A stretch of DNA of 62,185 bases, the filler included. It is 5 parts of 5 records of this genome, joined end to end, with 100 filler letters (N's around TTAATTAATTAA, not from the genome) between each part and the next. Parts side by side here need not be neighbours in the genome. Positions count along the whole stretch, not along the records: positions 15,532 to 27,773 come from SRR2962707_4788; positions 27,874 to 34,498 come from SRR2962707_4793; 3 more parts are not named here. One strand, given 5' to 3'. Below the pieces are notes generated by a model that was not told the origin of the DNA, did no database searches, and saw only the letters and a program-made list of their open reading frames with translations. Below, in pieces: positions 21,501 to 32,664 of the stretch (position 1 is its first letter; each line of letters opens with the position of its first letter). The translations under genes and the position numbers were made by a program.

Positions 21501-24500
21501 CCGACGGCTTGCAGTCATTGGCAAAAGCACTCACTCTGGCTCAGCAGACGCCGCTGATAAATGCGCTTCTCGCACGCCTGGTCGGTGGTGGCAAGGACGA
21601 AATTGGCGCTCGGCGTGGCGCTGCCTACGGTCTGGCTGCCATTGTCAAGGGGGTGGGCATCGTGGTGCTACAACGTCACAACATTGTGAAAAAGCTGCAA
21701 GAAGCTTTCGAAAGCAGGAAATGGGAGTCCAAACAGGGCGCTCTCTTTGCATTTGAGCTAATGTCGAGCCGCTTGGGCATCTTGTTTGAGCCGTATGCCA
21801 TCGTTATTTTAGACCTGCTCTTGCAAAGTTTTGCAGACGGCTCGGGGTATGTCCAGACCTCAGCCAGTGCTGCCGCGCGAGTGCTCATGGGCCAGCTGAG
21901 TGGACACGGTGTGAAAATGATCCTTCCGAAGATTCTTGGCAACATGCAGGTTGGTTTGGGGTCGTGCTGCATCGTGTCGGTGGTGATCGCCGCGTGTTTT
22001 CATTTTAAGTTGCTGGAGCCATGCAGCTGACACTGACCCGGTGACAACTTTGGCGCTTTGTTCCTGATTCACGTGTAGGACACCCGTGCAAAATGGCAAA
22101 CTTTGAGGGCTTCCATTGTCATGCTTGGCGCCATGTCTCATTGCGCTCCTAAGCAACTATCAACGTGCCTGCCTGCTATCGTACCTAATTTGGTGGAAGC
22201 GTTCCATAACACGCACAAGAAGGTGCGCGAGTCTGCGAAAGCAGCCTTGGTGGAAGTCGCGCAGGTGGTTCGAAACCCAGAGATCTCGTCATTGACGGAG
22301 GTGCTCATCGAGGCGTTGACAAATCCAGTGGAAAAGACAGGCTCAGCCTTGACATCCCTGACGGAGACGTCGTTTGTGCACGCCATTGACTCACCCTCGC
22401 TCGCATTGATTGTTCCAATCTTGCAACGTGGGTTGCGTGCAAAGAAGACCGAGGTGAAGCGCCCAGCTGCCGTGATCGTTGGCTCCATGTGCTCTCTTAT
22501 TAGCTCAAACAAAGATCTTGAACCGTACCTTGATGCTCTCATGCCACATATTCGCGCCATTGTAAGTGTTGCAACTTGTGCACGGTGGCGTTTTGTGCCT
22601 GTGTTTGCCTTCACTAAGGCGCTCACGTATTTTGCGTGTCATCCACGGTGGACAGGTGCTGGATCCCATTCCCGAGGTGCGCATGGTTGCTGCGACCGCC
22701 ATCAGCAGCCTCTACGATGCCATGGGAGAGACAACGTTCCCGGACTTGGTCCCGTGGCTGCTTGAAACCTTGATGTCGGACCAAGGAAATGTCGAACGTT
22801 CAGGCGCAGCCCAGTCTTTGTCACAAATCCTTGCGCACGTGGAGGAGGAGAAGGCGACCGAAGTGGTGTCAACCGTACTGGCGGCTTCGACTCATCCCAA
22901 GGACCACGTCCGGGAAGGCGTGATGTGGATGTTGACATTTTTGCCTGGAGCACTCCCAGACGCTCGGTACTCGCGCATGTTGCGACGTCTGTTGGAGGTT
23001 GTAGTTGTGGGGTTGAGTGACGAAGAAGACGCGGTGCGCACAGTGGCCATGAAGGCCGGCGAGATGTGCGTGGTGCAAAATGCAGCGCGCCATGCAGCCA
23101 CCATCATTCCTGTCCTCGAGGAAGGACTCCAAGACCCAAAGTGGCGTATTCGCGTTGCAACCATCAAGCTGCTGGGCGATTTGTTGTTCGAGGTCGGCGA
23201 AACGCATGCAATCGGCGATTTGGGTCAGGAGGAGGGCGAGGCCAATATGGCCAGTGTGCAAACAGCCGGAAACATCTTGCGGGTCCTTGGCCGCGAGCTC
23301 CGCGATTTGGTCATTGCAAGCGTGTATATTGCAAAATCCGACTCGAACCTCCCTGTGCGTCAACACGCCACTTTGGTCTGGAAGAGTGTGGTGTACAACA
23401 CGCCAGCCACAATTCGCGACACGTTGCATATCATTATGGACAAGCTCTTTGTTGGACTTGTCCACACTGATCAAGGTCAAAAGGCACAGGCCGGTCGCTG
23501 CTTGGGAGAGATCGTGGCAAAACTCGGCGAGCGAGTCATGTCAAGCATTCTGCCAGTGCTCGAGGATGGCCTGCGTGCTCCAGATGCGGCTCGTCGCCAA
23601 GGCGTTTGCTTTGGTCTGGGCGAAGTCATTCGCGCTCTCCCTGAGCGCAATGGCGAATCCTTCTTGCCGCAGTTGGCTCCACCCATTCGGCAAGCCCTTT
23701 GCGATGAAGCTCCAGGTGTTCGCGCCGCAGCTGCACAGGTGTGTACTCGTGGGTGCCAAGCTTGGTGTTGTCGACGGCGTGATCACCCCTTCTTTTGCCC
23801 AGCCGGGTGTTCCACTTGCTGTTTAATAACGTGTGGGTTGGCGGATGTGAATGATGTGTCAGGCTTACAAAAACCTTTTCCGGTTGAGTGGACAAATGGC
23901 TATTTCCAACATGGTGCAAGGGCTTTTGCAACCGCTTGGGCAGTCCGCGGACAGCTCAAACTCGCATGTGCAAAAAGCCACGGCTGGCATGGCTGAGGTC
24001 GTTTCCGCACTGCCAACGGCTGTCCTCAAATATTTGGTTCCAATTGCGTGTGACATGTCAAGCGGGCAGTCCTTGTCGTGGGCTCAGTGCCGCGCCATTT
24101 CTGCCATTGCACGGTCGAGTGCCGCGGTGGATACAGCGTTCAACTCGTTGTTCAATGCCTTGTTCCGTTCGATTGCCGCTTTGGATAAAGGAGAAGGTGC
24201 CCCGAAGTCTGACGACACCAGCGGTGGCGGCGGTGTTTCGGCAGCGGATTCCATTGACTTTGGCGAAGGCCCCGGTGGACCAGACGAGGACGCATTGCTG
24301 GAAGTTGCGGTAGAGTTGGCCGAGCGCACGGACTCTGAGGCAAGCGCCACCCGCTTTGTGGCCGCGCTGGTTGCGCACATCAATGATGCAAGCTGTGCTC
24401 GAGTTCGTGCACGAGCGCTCGAAGTTCTTGGGCGTGCCGTCAAAACCTACTCCTCGCAGCAGTCTGGAAGTGGAGCTGACGCAGCGGGCGAAGGCGGCGG

Positions 24501-26902
24501 TGCCCCTGCTGAGGCGCAAGACAATGCGTTTGAGCCAATGCTGGCGGTAATCTTCCGCGAACTTGTTGGCAAGTACAACGACCGTGATGCCGGAGTACTG
24601 CGCGCCGCTGCAAACGCATTCACAGCTGTCATCAGCAGCATGGACAAAGGACTCTTGGCTGAAAATATTGGATATGTGCGCAACCAATTCAACACCGTCG
24701 TGTCGGCTGCACGGCACCGTACCGGAGGCGTTGGCTCGTCGGGCGTGTTCTTGTTGCCTGGGCTCAATCAGGTGCGTTTCAATGGCGATATGTTGAATCG
24801 CGTGCTTGGCTTGCCTGGGCAGCTCGCTCTTGAACTCCGTCATGTTCGTGACTATCCCCTTTTCCTTTTGGCAGACGAAGGGCATCGATCCGCTTGTGCC
24901 AATGCTACAGCACGGCCTTACAAAAGGAACAGCTGAACAGAAGCGAGAAGCCGCGCAAGCGTAAGAGAATTTTAAGCCATGATGCATCGAGGTGTGCAAC
25001 ATCGTAGATGCTCGACAAGTGTGGCCATGACTTATTTTGGTGTACTGGTCTTGCAGGTATGCCGATCTGTTGCGGTTGGTGGACGGAAAGTACATCCAAA
25101 AGGTGGTGATCAAGATCACAGGTCCACTGATCCGCATCTTGGGCGACCGGTTCGTGGCCCCTTCTTGATCCCTTTTTATTTTTTTATTTTTGCTGGTCTG
25201 TGTTTGCACGTCTGTTTTTTGCATTTGGGAATCTTGACCGTGCAACTGCTTTTTCCATTCACTGCACACCCACCAGGTATTTGCCACAAGTGCGCTCCTC
25301 GGTGCTCGACGCCTTGGTGCTTTTGCTGGACAAGGGCGGACGCATGCTCAAGGCTTTTGTGCCGCAGATGCAGACAAGTCTGGTGAAAAATCTCAAGGAT
25401 GCTTACGCGCCAGTACGCGCGACGGCACTCAAGGCGCTGAAGAGGCTGCTCCGGCTGAGCACCCGTATTGACCCACTGGTGAGTGTGCGCACAGCGTGGG
25501 GCGAAGTTGCTGCCAGGTTGCATTGCCAATAATGTGACTGTGCTTCGAGCTCATCCCATGCATTTCTACTGGTTCACTGTGTGAAGGTGAGAGAGCTTTG
25601 TGCGGGCATCTCCGGCATCGCCGTTACCCCCGGAGAGCCTGGGCCCCAGGACAGCCTCGTGCGCGCACTTCGCCTAATTTTGGAGCAAGCGCCAAGCAAA
25701 GTGTCTGACAAGATGTCGGGCGTCGTCGAAACTACATTGCAGGAGGTGGGTTCGCGGGAGCAGGGTGTGGGGTTGGTGGCGGTCACGATGTTAGAGGCAG
25801 TGGGAGTACGCTTGGCCTGCACGGCATGCCTGATGTGTGCGCACGCTGACAAGCCTGTGTGCTTTTTTTTATACCTTGGACAGGTCCTTGACGAGCTTGC
25901 CGCCGAGCTCGGAGGCAGCGCTGGATTGGAAGCCGCCAGTGCTCAGCTGGTGACCAATGTGGCATTTTCTGCGGGCGCCCTTGCTGGGTGCGATGCGAGT
26001 AGCGCTGGTGCAGAGAACGCAGCAGCCGAAGCTGCTTCCGAATTGGCAAGCGCTGCTTCAGGGGATGCTTTTGCTGCGTTGTCTGCAGCATGCCGCTTGC
26101 AAGGCACATTGCAGACGCTCACCAAGGGTCCCCTTAGCGCTGCCACACTTGCGAGCGCCAAAGAGGCAGCTTTGGTGGCACTGAAAGCTGGCGAACCCGT
26201 TGTTGCAGCAAAGGCTGCGGCAGTTCTCATTGCCTGCGCACAGCACTCACACCGGCACCCGGTACGGTTGTTGTTGCTTCCTTTTTGAATGATATTGAGC
26301 TGGCAATGCCACATCTGTCCGCTGATTCGGGTCTTGTCTTTTTTTGTACGGGTTGGGGCGTAGAGCGAGCTTGGAAGTGCAGCGGGTGTGACCATCGCTG
26401 ATGCTTTCCGGACTGTTGAAAACGCGTTTATGACGGATCGCGATCGGTTGCTGCAGCGCCAAGTGTTGGCTGCGATTCTGTCGCTTGTTCGTGCCTTGGA
26501 CGGTAAGTTTGGGGGAAATGGGATGTTCTGCGCTGCCTGTTGTTTTGACCAAGGGCGAGCTTAGGACAACAACTTGCGGCTGAAGGCAGTTTGAATGCTT
26601 GTGTTGGACTGTGTTTGGCAGGGCCCAAGTCTGCAATGGATCAAGCCGTGCGCGATGAGCTTGTCATCTTTTTGGGCAAGTGTGTGCAAGGCGCCAAACG
26701 CAAGTCAGACATCCAGCGTATGCGCAACGTTTTGTCCCGTGTGCTGCAGCGGCAGACTTCGCCCGCTCTGTTCACGAACTATCCGGGCAGTCCAGCGGCG
26801 CGGCGTGTTGTTGCCGAGCTGCGTGACGCTGAGGAGGGTGAGAATGCAGCGGCTGATGAGTTTGTTTACGACACAGACGATGAGGAATTCAGCTGGCTGT
26901 AG
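15532..26902 (+). CDS. GCN1: Eukaryotic GCN1 (HEAT-repeat eIF2-alpha kinase activator), spliced, 5'-truncated
   Basis: KQGALFAFE..LFEPY, LGAMSHCAPKQLSTCLP, DPIPEVR, VERSGAAQ, WRIRVATIKLLGDLLF, VWKSVVYNTP, KITGPLIRILGDR. Frame-consistent GT-AG introns include 21950-22078, 22562-22655, 23739-23862, 24772-24874, 24961-25056, 25150-25276 and 25479-25586. Exon structure upstream of ~18760 and near the 3' end is not fully resolved. Confidence 0.88.
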
Positions 26903-27103
26903 GCGACTGGTGCACTCGCCGGCACTGGCTGGCAGATTCATCGTTCATAACATTATATCGCAACGACCATTTGGTTGAAGCCGTTTTAAGAGCGTTTTCA
27001 ACTCGATGGACAAAAAAATGCATGCGAGGCGGGGCGGCACGCACGCATACACATGTCCACGTAGCCGTTACGGATCCGTTGACTAGTTGTGGCTTTGGGC
27101 AGA

Positions 27104-27619
27104 TCAGCCCAGCAGCTTTTGGATGGCCGCCTGGACATCTCCTCCGCACACATCAAGCGCACGCTGGGCGTCGGCTTGCGGAAACCCCATTTCTACAATT
27201 TGAGCGACTTCCTTGGACACCTTTTTCTCCTGTTACGAAAGAAAACAGAATCGCAAGCATGCCACGGTGTTTGAAGCGGACGCGTTGTTGCGGGGGGCAT
27301 GCACGAAACAGTTTGTTTCGACCAGCCAGCGCGCACGTACCACTTCTGCACTTGCTGCTGTTGCGTACATCTTGGTCCAGTACGCAGCGGTTTTGTCGTA
27401 GAGCTTGCGGTTTGACATGTACATTTTGGCAACTTCCGCATCCTGTAGGGGAGACGTCGACCATCACAACCGTCACTTGCAGCCAATAGACACTGCCATA
27501 AAAGTCGCGCACCCATCCTGTCATGCCATGCGTACCTGTGGGTCCTTGGGTTCGGCGGCCGTGAGCAGCGCAACGATGGAGAGTAGCATTGTCTTGAGCG
27601 TGAGAGCTGGAGACCATGC
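27104..27619 (-). CDS. UBE2K: Ubiquitin-conjugating enzyme E2 with C-terminal UBA (UBE2K/Ubc1 type), last three exons
   Basis: Exons 27619-27536 (AWSPALTLKTMLLSIVALLTAAEPKDPQ), 27442-27341 (DAEVAKMY..TAAYWTKMYA) and 27229-27104 (VAQIVEMGFPQADAQRAL..GDVQAAIQKLLG*), joined by GT-AG introns. Confidence 0.88.
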
Positions 27620-27717
27620 CTAGACAGGCGGGTTAACAAGATAGCGGGTGACGGGGGAGTTGTGGAGCAGGGAAGCCACGTTGCGGCACTGCAGCCACAC
27701 AGAATCAGGAAGATTGG

Positions 27718-27773
27718 GCACGCGCAAAGGCACACTGCGCGTGCACGCACGCACACACGCACGCACACACGCA
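27718..27773. repeat. (GCAC)/(CA) low-complexity repeat at contig end, intronic
   Basis: Directly visible. Confidence 0.8.
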
Positions 27774-27873
27774 NNNNNNNNNNNNNNNNNNNNNNNNNNN
27801 NNNNNNNNNNNNNNNNNTTAATTAATTAANNNNNNNNNNNNNNNNNNNNNNNNNNNNNNNNNNNNNNNNNNNN
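27774..27873. other. Artificial contig-join spacer
   Basis: N run with TTAATTAATTAA. Confidence 0.98.
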
Positions 27874-28292
27874 GCGACCGCTATGTCGTCGAGCATATGC
27901 GCCAGCACGGGTTCAATGTGGGCGGCGAGCAGTCCGGCCATATCGTGCTCAAGGATTTCTCGACCACGGGCGATGGGCTCATCGCCGCGCTGCAGGTGCT
28001 TGCCGTCCTCAAGGCGAGTGACAGGCCGGTGAGCGAACTCACCCATGTTTTCGATCCGCTGCCGCAGCTCCTGAAGAATGTCCGGTTCAAGAAGGGCGAG
28101 CCCCTGAAGGACAAGGATGTGCAGGAAGCGATCCGCGAGGGCGAAAACCGTCTCGGTTCGGGTGGCCGTCTCGTGATCCGCAAGTCGGGCACGGAGCCCT
28201 TGATCCGCGTCATGGCGGAAGGCGACGACGAAAAGCTCGTCACCGCCGTCGTCAACGACATTGCCGCCGTGATCGAGCATAATGCCGCCTGA
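27874..28292 (+). CDS. glmM: Phosphoglucosamine mutase, 5'-truncated
   Basis: [39 protein letters not shown]. Confidence 0.96.
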
Positions 28293-28323
28293 CTTTCTGC
28301 GGCATCAGGTTCGGACAACTTCA

Positions 28324-29139
28324 ATGACATCTTCTCTTCAAGGCCGCGTACTGATCGTGGCGGGCTCGGATTCCGGCGGCGGCGCGGGCATTCAGGCGGA
28401 TATCAAGAGCGTCACGGCGATGGGCGGTTTCGCCATGACCGCCGTCACCGCGATTACGGTTCAGAACACGCTCGGCGTCAGCGGTATTCACGAAGTCCCG
28501 CTCGACATCGTCGTCGGCCAGATGCGCGCCGTGATGGAAGACCTCGGCGCGGACGCGATCAAGACGGGCATGCTCCACAATGCCGAAATCGTGGAAGCGG
28601 TCGCCGAAGAGCTTTCCCGCACGGAAGAAACTCCCATTCTGGTTGTCGATCCGGTGATGATCGCGAAGGGCGGCGCGTCGCTTCTTGAATCCTCCGCCAT
28701 CTCCGCGCTCAAGGAAGTTCTGATCCCGCTCGCAACGCTCGTCACGCCCAACGTGCCGGAGGCGGAAGCCCTCACCGGCCGCAAGATCGTCGATGTGGAG
28801 GGGCAGAAGGCTGCCGCTGACGCGCTGCTCGGACTCGGCGCGGATGCCGTGCTCATCAAGGGCGGGCATCTCTCGGGTGACCTCATCTTCGATGTGCTCG
28901 CGACGCAGGAAACGATCCAGACCTTCTCTTCGCCGCGCATCGACACGCGCCATACGCATGGTACGGGCTGCACGCTCGCTTCCGCCATCGCCGCGCTGCT
29001 CGCGCAGGGGATCGAACTCACAGCAGCCGTCGCCGCCGCGCGCGATTATGTGCATGAGGCGATCCGCACGGCGCCTGGTTTCGGCCAGGGCCACGGGCCG
29101 CTCAATTTCCTCGCCGCCGTGGACGACGACGAACTCTAG
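28324..29139 (+). CDS. thiD: Hydroxymethylpyrimidine/phosphomethylpyrimidine kinase
   Basis: AGSDSGGGAGIQADIK, TPNVPEAE, THGTGCTLAS, GHGPLN. Confidence 0.97.
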   Translation: MTSSLQGRVLIVAGSDSGGGAGIQADIKSVTAMGGFAMTAVTAITVQNTLGVSGIHEVPLDIVVGQMRAVMEDLGADAIKTGMLHNAEIVEAVAEELSRTEETPILVVDPVMIAKGGASLLESSAISALKEVLIPLATLVTPNVPEAEALTGRKIVDVEGQKAAADALLGLGADAVLIKGGHLSGDLIFDVLATQETIQTFSSPRIDTRHTHGTGCTLASAIAALLAQGIELTAAVAAARDYVHEAIRTAPGFGQGHGPLNFLAAVDDDEL

Positions 29140-29606
29140 AAACTGATCTCGAGCACCGGTAGTTTGCGTCCGGGTATCGAGCCCGAAGGCGCTTCGCCGC
29201 ACAGGCTGAAGCCTTCGCGCTCGTAGAAGCCTGCGGCGTTCGGGTCCGCCTCGACATGGACGAGGCGAATGCCGTGGCGGCGCGCATGGCCCAGCATGTC
29301 TTCCATCAGCCTGTGGGCGATGCCCTGCCCCATGAAGCGGGGCGAGACGAACAGGTCTTCGACATCGGCGGCATTGCCCTCGGCATTCATCGCCGAGAAG
29401 CCGGCAATCTCCTGGCCCACCTGCGCGACGCGGATGCGGTAGTGTCCCATCTTCGCAAGCGTAATGGTCAGTTCCTCGCGGCAGAGTTCCATGAAGTCGT
29501 CGTCATAACCCCAATGCGCCTTCGCTTCGAGTGCGATCCCGGTGAGCGCGTCGGTTTCGTCGGGCAGGGCGGGGCGGATAAGCAGGGAAGCGGTATGTGG
29601 GGGCAT
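29136..29606 (-). CDS. GNAT-family N-acetyltransferase
   Basis: LFVSPRFMGQGIA motif A, ADPNAAGFY; ATG 29606 with GAGGAGG RBS. Confidence 0.9.
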   Translation of the reverse strand: MPPHTASLLIRPALPDETDALTGIALEAKAHWGYDDDFMELCREELTITLAKMGHYRIRVAQVGQEIAGFSAMNAEGNAADVEDLFVSPRFMGQGIAHRLMEDMLGHARRHGIRLVHVEADPNAAGFYEREGFSLCGEAPSGSIPGRKLPVLEISF

Positions 29607-29690
29607 GGCCGTTCCTCCTCTGGGGGAGAGGGAGCCTAACACAGCATCTGTGCCCGTGAAGATGCCTCGCACGCAAATCGCTGAGATGGC

Positions 29691-31121
29691 TCACGCAGGC
29701 GCGGCGATCCCGATATGAGATTCGGAGAGCAACGCCGCAATGGTGTCGAGCCCGCGCTGCAACTCGTCTCTCGTTTGCGGCTGGCCGATCGCGAAACGTA
29801 CATGCCGCGAGGCGCGGTCCGTACGGCCCACCATGAAATCCTCACCTGCCGCGATGGCGACGCCGCGCGCGCGGGCCGCCTCCACGAAAGCATGGGCGCG
29901 CCACGTCTCGGGCAATGCCGACCAGACATAGAGCGACGCCGGATGGGCCGACAGGCGATGGCCGTTCAGCGCTCTCGCCGTCATCTCATGCCGGGCCTGC
30001 ATTTCCGCCGCGATGCGATTGCAGATCGTGGCGGCGTCTCCCGTTTCAATGAGGCGGGTGGCCAGTTCCGCCATCAGCGGCGGCACCGTCTGCCCTTGTC
30101 CGTGCAGGATTGCGCGGGCACGCTCGAAAAGCGCGGGCGGCGGGATCAGGAAGCCGACGCGCAGCCCGCAGCCGACCGATTTCGCGAGGCTCGTCGCATG
30201 GAAAGTAATGTCGGGCGCGAAATGTGCGAGCGGCAGCGGCCTGTCCGCGGCGAGCTTACCGTAAATGTCGTCTTCGATGATGGCGAAGCCCTGCGCGCGC
30301 GCGATCTCCGCGATCCGCCGTCGCCGCGCCTCGCTCATGATCGCGCTTGTCGGGTTTTGCAGCGTCGGCACGATGAAAAGCGCCGCCGGTTTCGTTTCCC
30401 GTGCCGCGCGTTCCAGCGCCTCGGGTATCAGTCCCTCTTCGTCGATGTCGACAGGCGCCACGCGCCGGCCCATCAGCGCCGCCTGGTTCACCATCGCATG
30501 ATAGGTCATTGCCTCCGTCAGGATGGTATTGCCCGGCTCCGTCGCCGAGAGGATCGCCGTCAGGATTGCCTGCTGCGTGCCCGAGCAGACGAGAAGTCCC
30601 TCCGCCTGCGGAATAAAGTCGCCATGCGTGAGCCATTCCGCCGCCGCCTGCCGGTGGTGCATTGCGCCGCCGGGTGCGAGATAGGTGTTGAAGAGCGATG
30701 GCTCCGTGCGCTCGGGCAATTCGGCCAGAAGTGCCCTCATCGCCGCGCTCGCGATCTCCGTCTGCCCGGCGGGCGGGGCGAGCGCCGCCTTCATCGCGGC
30801 CTCGGTTGCGTCGGGCAGGGTCAGGAAAGCGGCCGAGCCGACCCCCGTTTCGTTCCGTGCGTGATTGCCGGTGCCCAGCACATAGGTGCCGCGGCCGACT
30901 TCGCCCGCGACCTCCCCCCGGCTCGCCGCCAGCGCATAGGCGCGCGACACCGTGCCGACGGTTACGCCGAGTGCATAGGCGAGGTCGCGGAGCGGCGGCA
31001 GTTTGGCGCCCGGCGCGAGGCTCCCCATCTTCAAGGCATCGCGCAGCGCGTCGGCGATGGCGCGGTAGCGCGGACCGGGGCGGGTGCTGATGTCTGAAGG
31101 GTCGAACGGCGAAATTGTCAT
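29691..31121 (-). CDS. MocR/GabR-family regulator (GntR HTH plus PLP aminotransferase-like domain)
   Basis: LPPLRDLAYALGVTVGTVSRAY HTH; QNPT, IIEDDIY, SLAKSVGCGLRVG. Confidence 0.94.
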   Translation of the reverse strand: MTISPFDPSDISTRPGPRYRAIADALRDALKMGSLAPGAKLPPLRDLAYALGVTVGTVSRAYALAASRGEVAGEVGRGTYVLGTGNHARNETGVGSAAFLTLPDATEAAMKAALAPPAGQTEIASAAMRALLAELPERTEPSLFNTYLAPGGAMHHRQAAAEWLTHGDFIPQAEGLLVCSGTQQAILTAILSATEPGNTILTEAMTYHAMVNQAALMGRRVAPVDIDEEGLIPEALERAARETKPAALFIVPTLQNPTSAIMSEARRRRIAEIARAQGFAIIEDDIYGKLAADRPLPLAHFAPDITFHATSLAKSVGCGLRVGFLIPPPALFERARAILHGQGQTVPPLMAELATRLIETGDAATICNRIAAEMQARHEMTARALNGHRLSAHPASLYVWSALPETWRAHAFVEAARARGVAIAAGEDFMVGRTDRASRHVRFAIGQPQTRDELQRGLDTIAALLSESHIGIAAPA

Positions 31122-31236
31122 GGGTACAATAAACTCATTGAATCCGTTTTCTGACTCAATCATGTTCAGTGAACGATGACAATACGCTCATTTCTGCAGT
31201 TTTGATGCAGTTTCGAGCAAATTGTACCAATACAAT
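31114..31236. promoter_or_regulatory. Candidate MocR operators in the divergent promoter
   Basis: ATTGT-N7-ACAAT (31114-31130), half-site TGACAAT (31177-31183), ATTGT-N6-ACAAT (31221-31236). Confidence 0.65.
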
Positions 31237-31253
31237 AAATGCCGGAGGCAGAG

Positions 31254-32045
31254 ATGAAGGCGGTTCTTTATCAGGTCGATGCGTTCGCGGATCGCGTCTT
31301 CGAGGGCAATCCGGCGGCCATCGTGCCGCTTGATGCGTGGCCTTCGGACGAAGTCATGCAGGCGGTGGCTGCCGAGAACAATCTCGCCGAGACGGCTTTC
31401 CTTGCTCCCGAAGGCGAGGGCTACCGGCTGCGCTGGTTCACGCCGACCGTCGAAGTCGATCTGTGCGGCCACGCGACGCTCGCCTCCGCCCATGTCCTTT
31501 TCACGCATCTCGGTTTCGCAAAGCCCGAAATCCGCTTCGAGACGCGGAGCGGCACGCTCGTCGTCAGCCGCGAGGGCGACAAGCTCGCGATGGATTTCCC
31601 GGCTGCGAAGCCCAAGCCCTATCCGGCGCCGGAAGGCATCGCGGCTGCGCTTGGCGGCAATGCACGCGCCTGGCTCAAGACCTCGAACCTCATGGCCGTG
31701 TTCGATACGGCGGAAGAGGTCGTCGCGCTCAAGCCCGATTTCCCGCAGCTCGCCCGTCTGCTGACGCCGCTCAACGCCGGGCTCATCGCGACCGCGCCGG
31801 GAAGCGACGGCATCGACTTCGTCTCGCGCTTCTTCGCGCCGTCGCACGGGATAGACGAGGACCCGGTCACGGGCTCGGCCCATTGCACCTCCGTTCCCTA
31901 CTGGTCGAAGAAGCTCGGGAAAAGCGATCTCGTGGCGCGGCAGGTGTCGAAGCGCGGCGGCACGCTCTGGTGCAGCGATGCCAGCGAACGTGTCGTCATT
32001 CGCGGCCGCGCCGCTGACTACATGAAAGCCGAAATCTCCTTCTGA
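31254..32045 (+). CDS. PhzF-family isomerase/epimerase
   Basis: VDAF..GNPA, ETAF, EVDLCGHATLA, EDPVTGSAH. Confidence 0.94.
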   Translation: MKAVLYQVDAFADRVFEGNPAAIVPLDAWPSDEVMQAVAAENNLAETAFLAPEGEGYRLRWFTPTVEVDLCGHATLASAHVLFTHLGFAKPEIRFETRSGTLVVSREGDKLAMDFPAAKPKPYPAPEGIAAALGGNARAWLKTSNLMAVFDTAEEVVALKPDFPQLARLLTPLNAGLIATAPGSDGIDFVSRFFAPSHGIDEDPVTGSAHCTSVPYWSKKLGKSDLVARQVSKRGGTLWCSDASERVVIRGRAADYMKAEISF

Positions 32046-32070
32046 ATTTCCTTCACATGGCAGTGCCGTC

Positions 32071-32664
32071 ATGCTCAACGATGCCGTCTTGCTCGGCGCG
32101 CTCTTCATCGCGACCATGAGTTTCACGCCGGGTCCGGCCAATCTCAGCCTTCTCTCCGTCGGGGCGTCGATCGGTCTCGCTCGCGCGTTTCCCTATCTCG
32201 TCGGCGTCTGGGTGGGCGGACTTTTCGTCATCCTTGCAGGAGCGGCGGGGCTCGGCGCGCTTTTCCTCGCGCTGCCGGAAGCATTCCTCGGGCTCAAGTT
32301 TCTCGGCTTCGCCTATATCTGCTGGCTCGCCTGGAAGCTTGCGCGCGCGGGTTTCGCCACAGGGGTTCACGCCGTCGCGCCGTCTTTCTGGTTAGGCGTC
32401 GGGCTCCATCCGGTGAACCCAAAAGCCTATGTCCAGTGCGTCATGGTGTTCTCGGTTTTCGTTTCACCCGACATCCCCTATCTGCCGCAGGCGGCGATCC
32501 TCGCCTTGCTCAGTCTTGTGCTGATGATGATGGCGACCTCACTCTGGGGCTTCGGCGGCGATGCGATCCGTCTCTTCGTGCGCGACCCCCGTGTCATGCG
32601 GTTCGTCGCGGTCGCGGCGTCCTGCCTCATGGTCGCGAGCGTCGGCGTCGCGCTCATTCTTTAG
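32071..32664 (+). CDS. LysE/RhtB-family exporter
   Basis: TPGPAN and NPKA motifs; about six TM helices. Confidence 0.92.
   Translation: MLNDAVLLGALFIATMSFTPGPANLSLLSVGASIGLARAFPYLVGVWVGGLFVILAGAAGLGALFLALPEAFLGLKFLGFAYICWLAWKLARAGFATGVHAVAPSFWLGVGLHPVNPKAYVQCVMVFSVFVSPDIPYLPQAAILALLSLVLMMMATSLWGFGGDAIRLFVRDPRVMRFVAVAASCLMVASVGVALIL

Noticed and set aside
15532-27773. Eukaryote-to-bacterium gene transfer
   Set aside because: The eukaryotic genes keep their introns and are separated from the bacterial DNA by artificial spacers.
31254-32045. Phenazine biosynthesis cluster
   Set aside because: A lone PhzF-family gene; no other phz genes.
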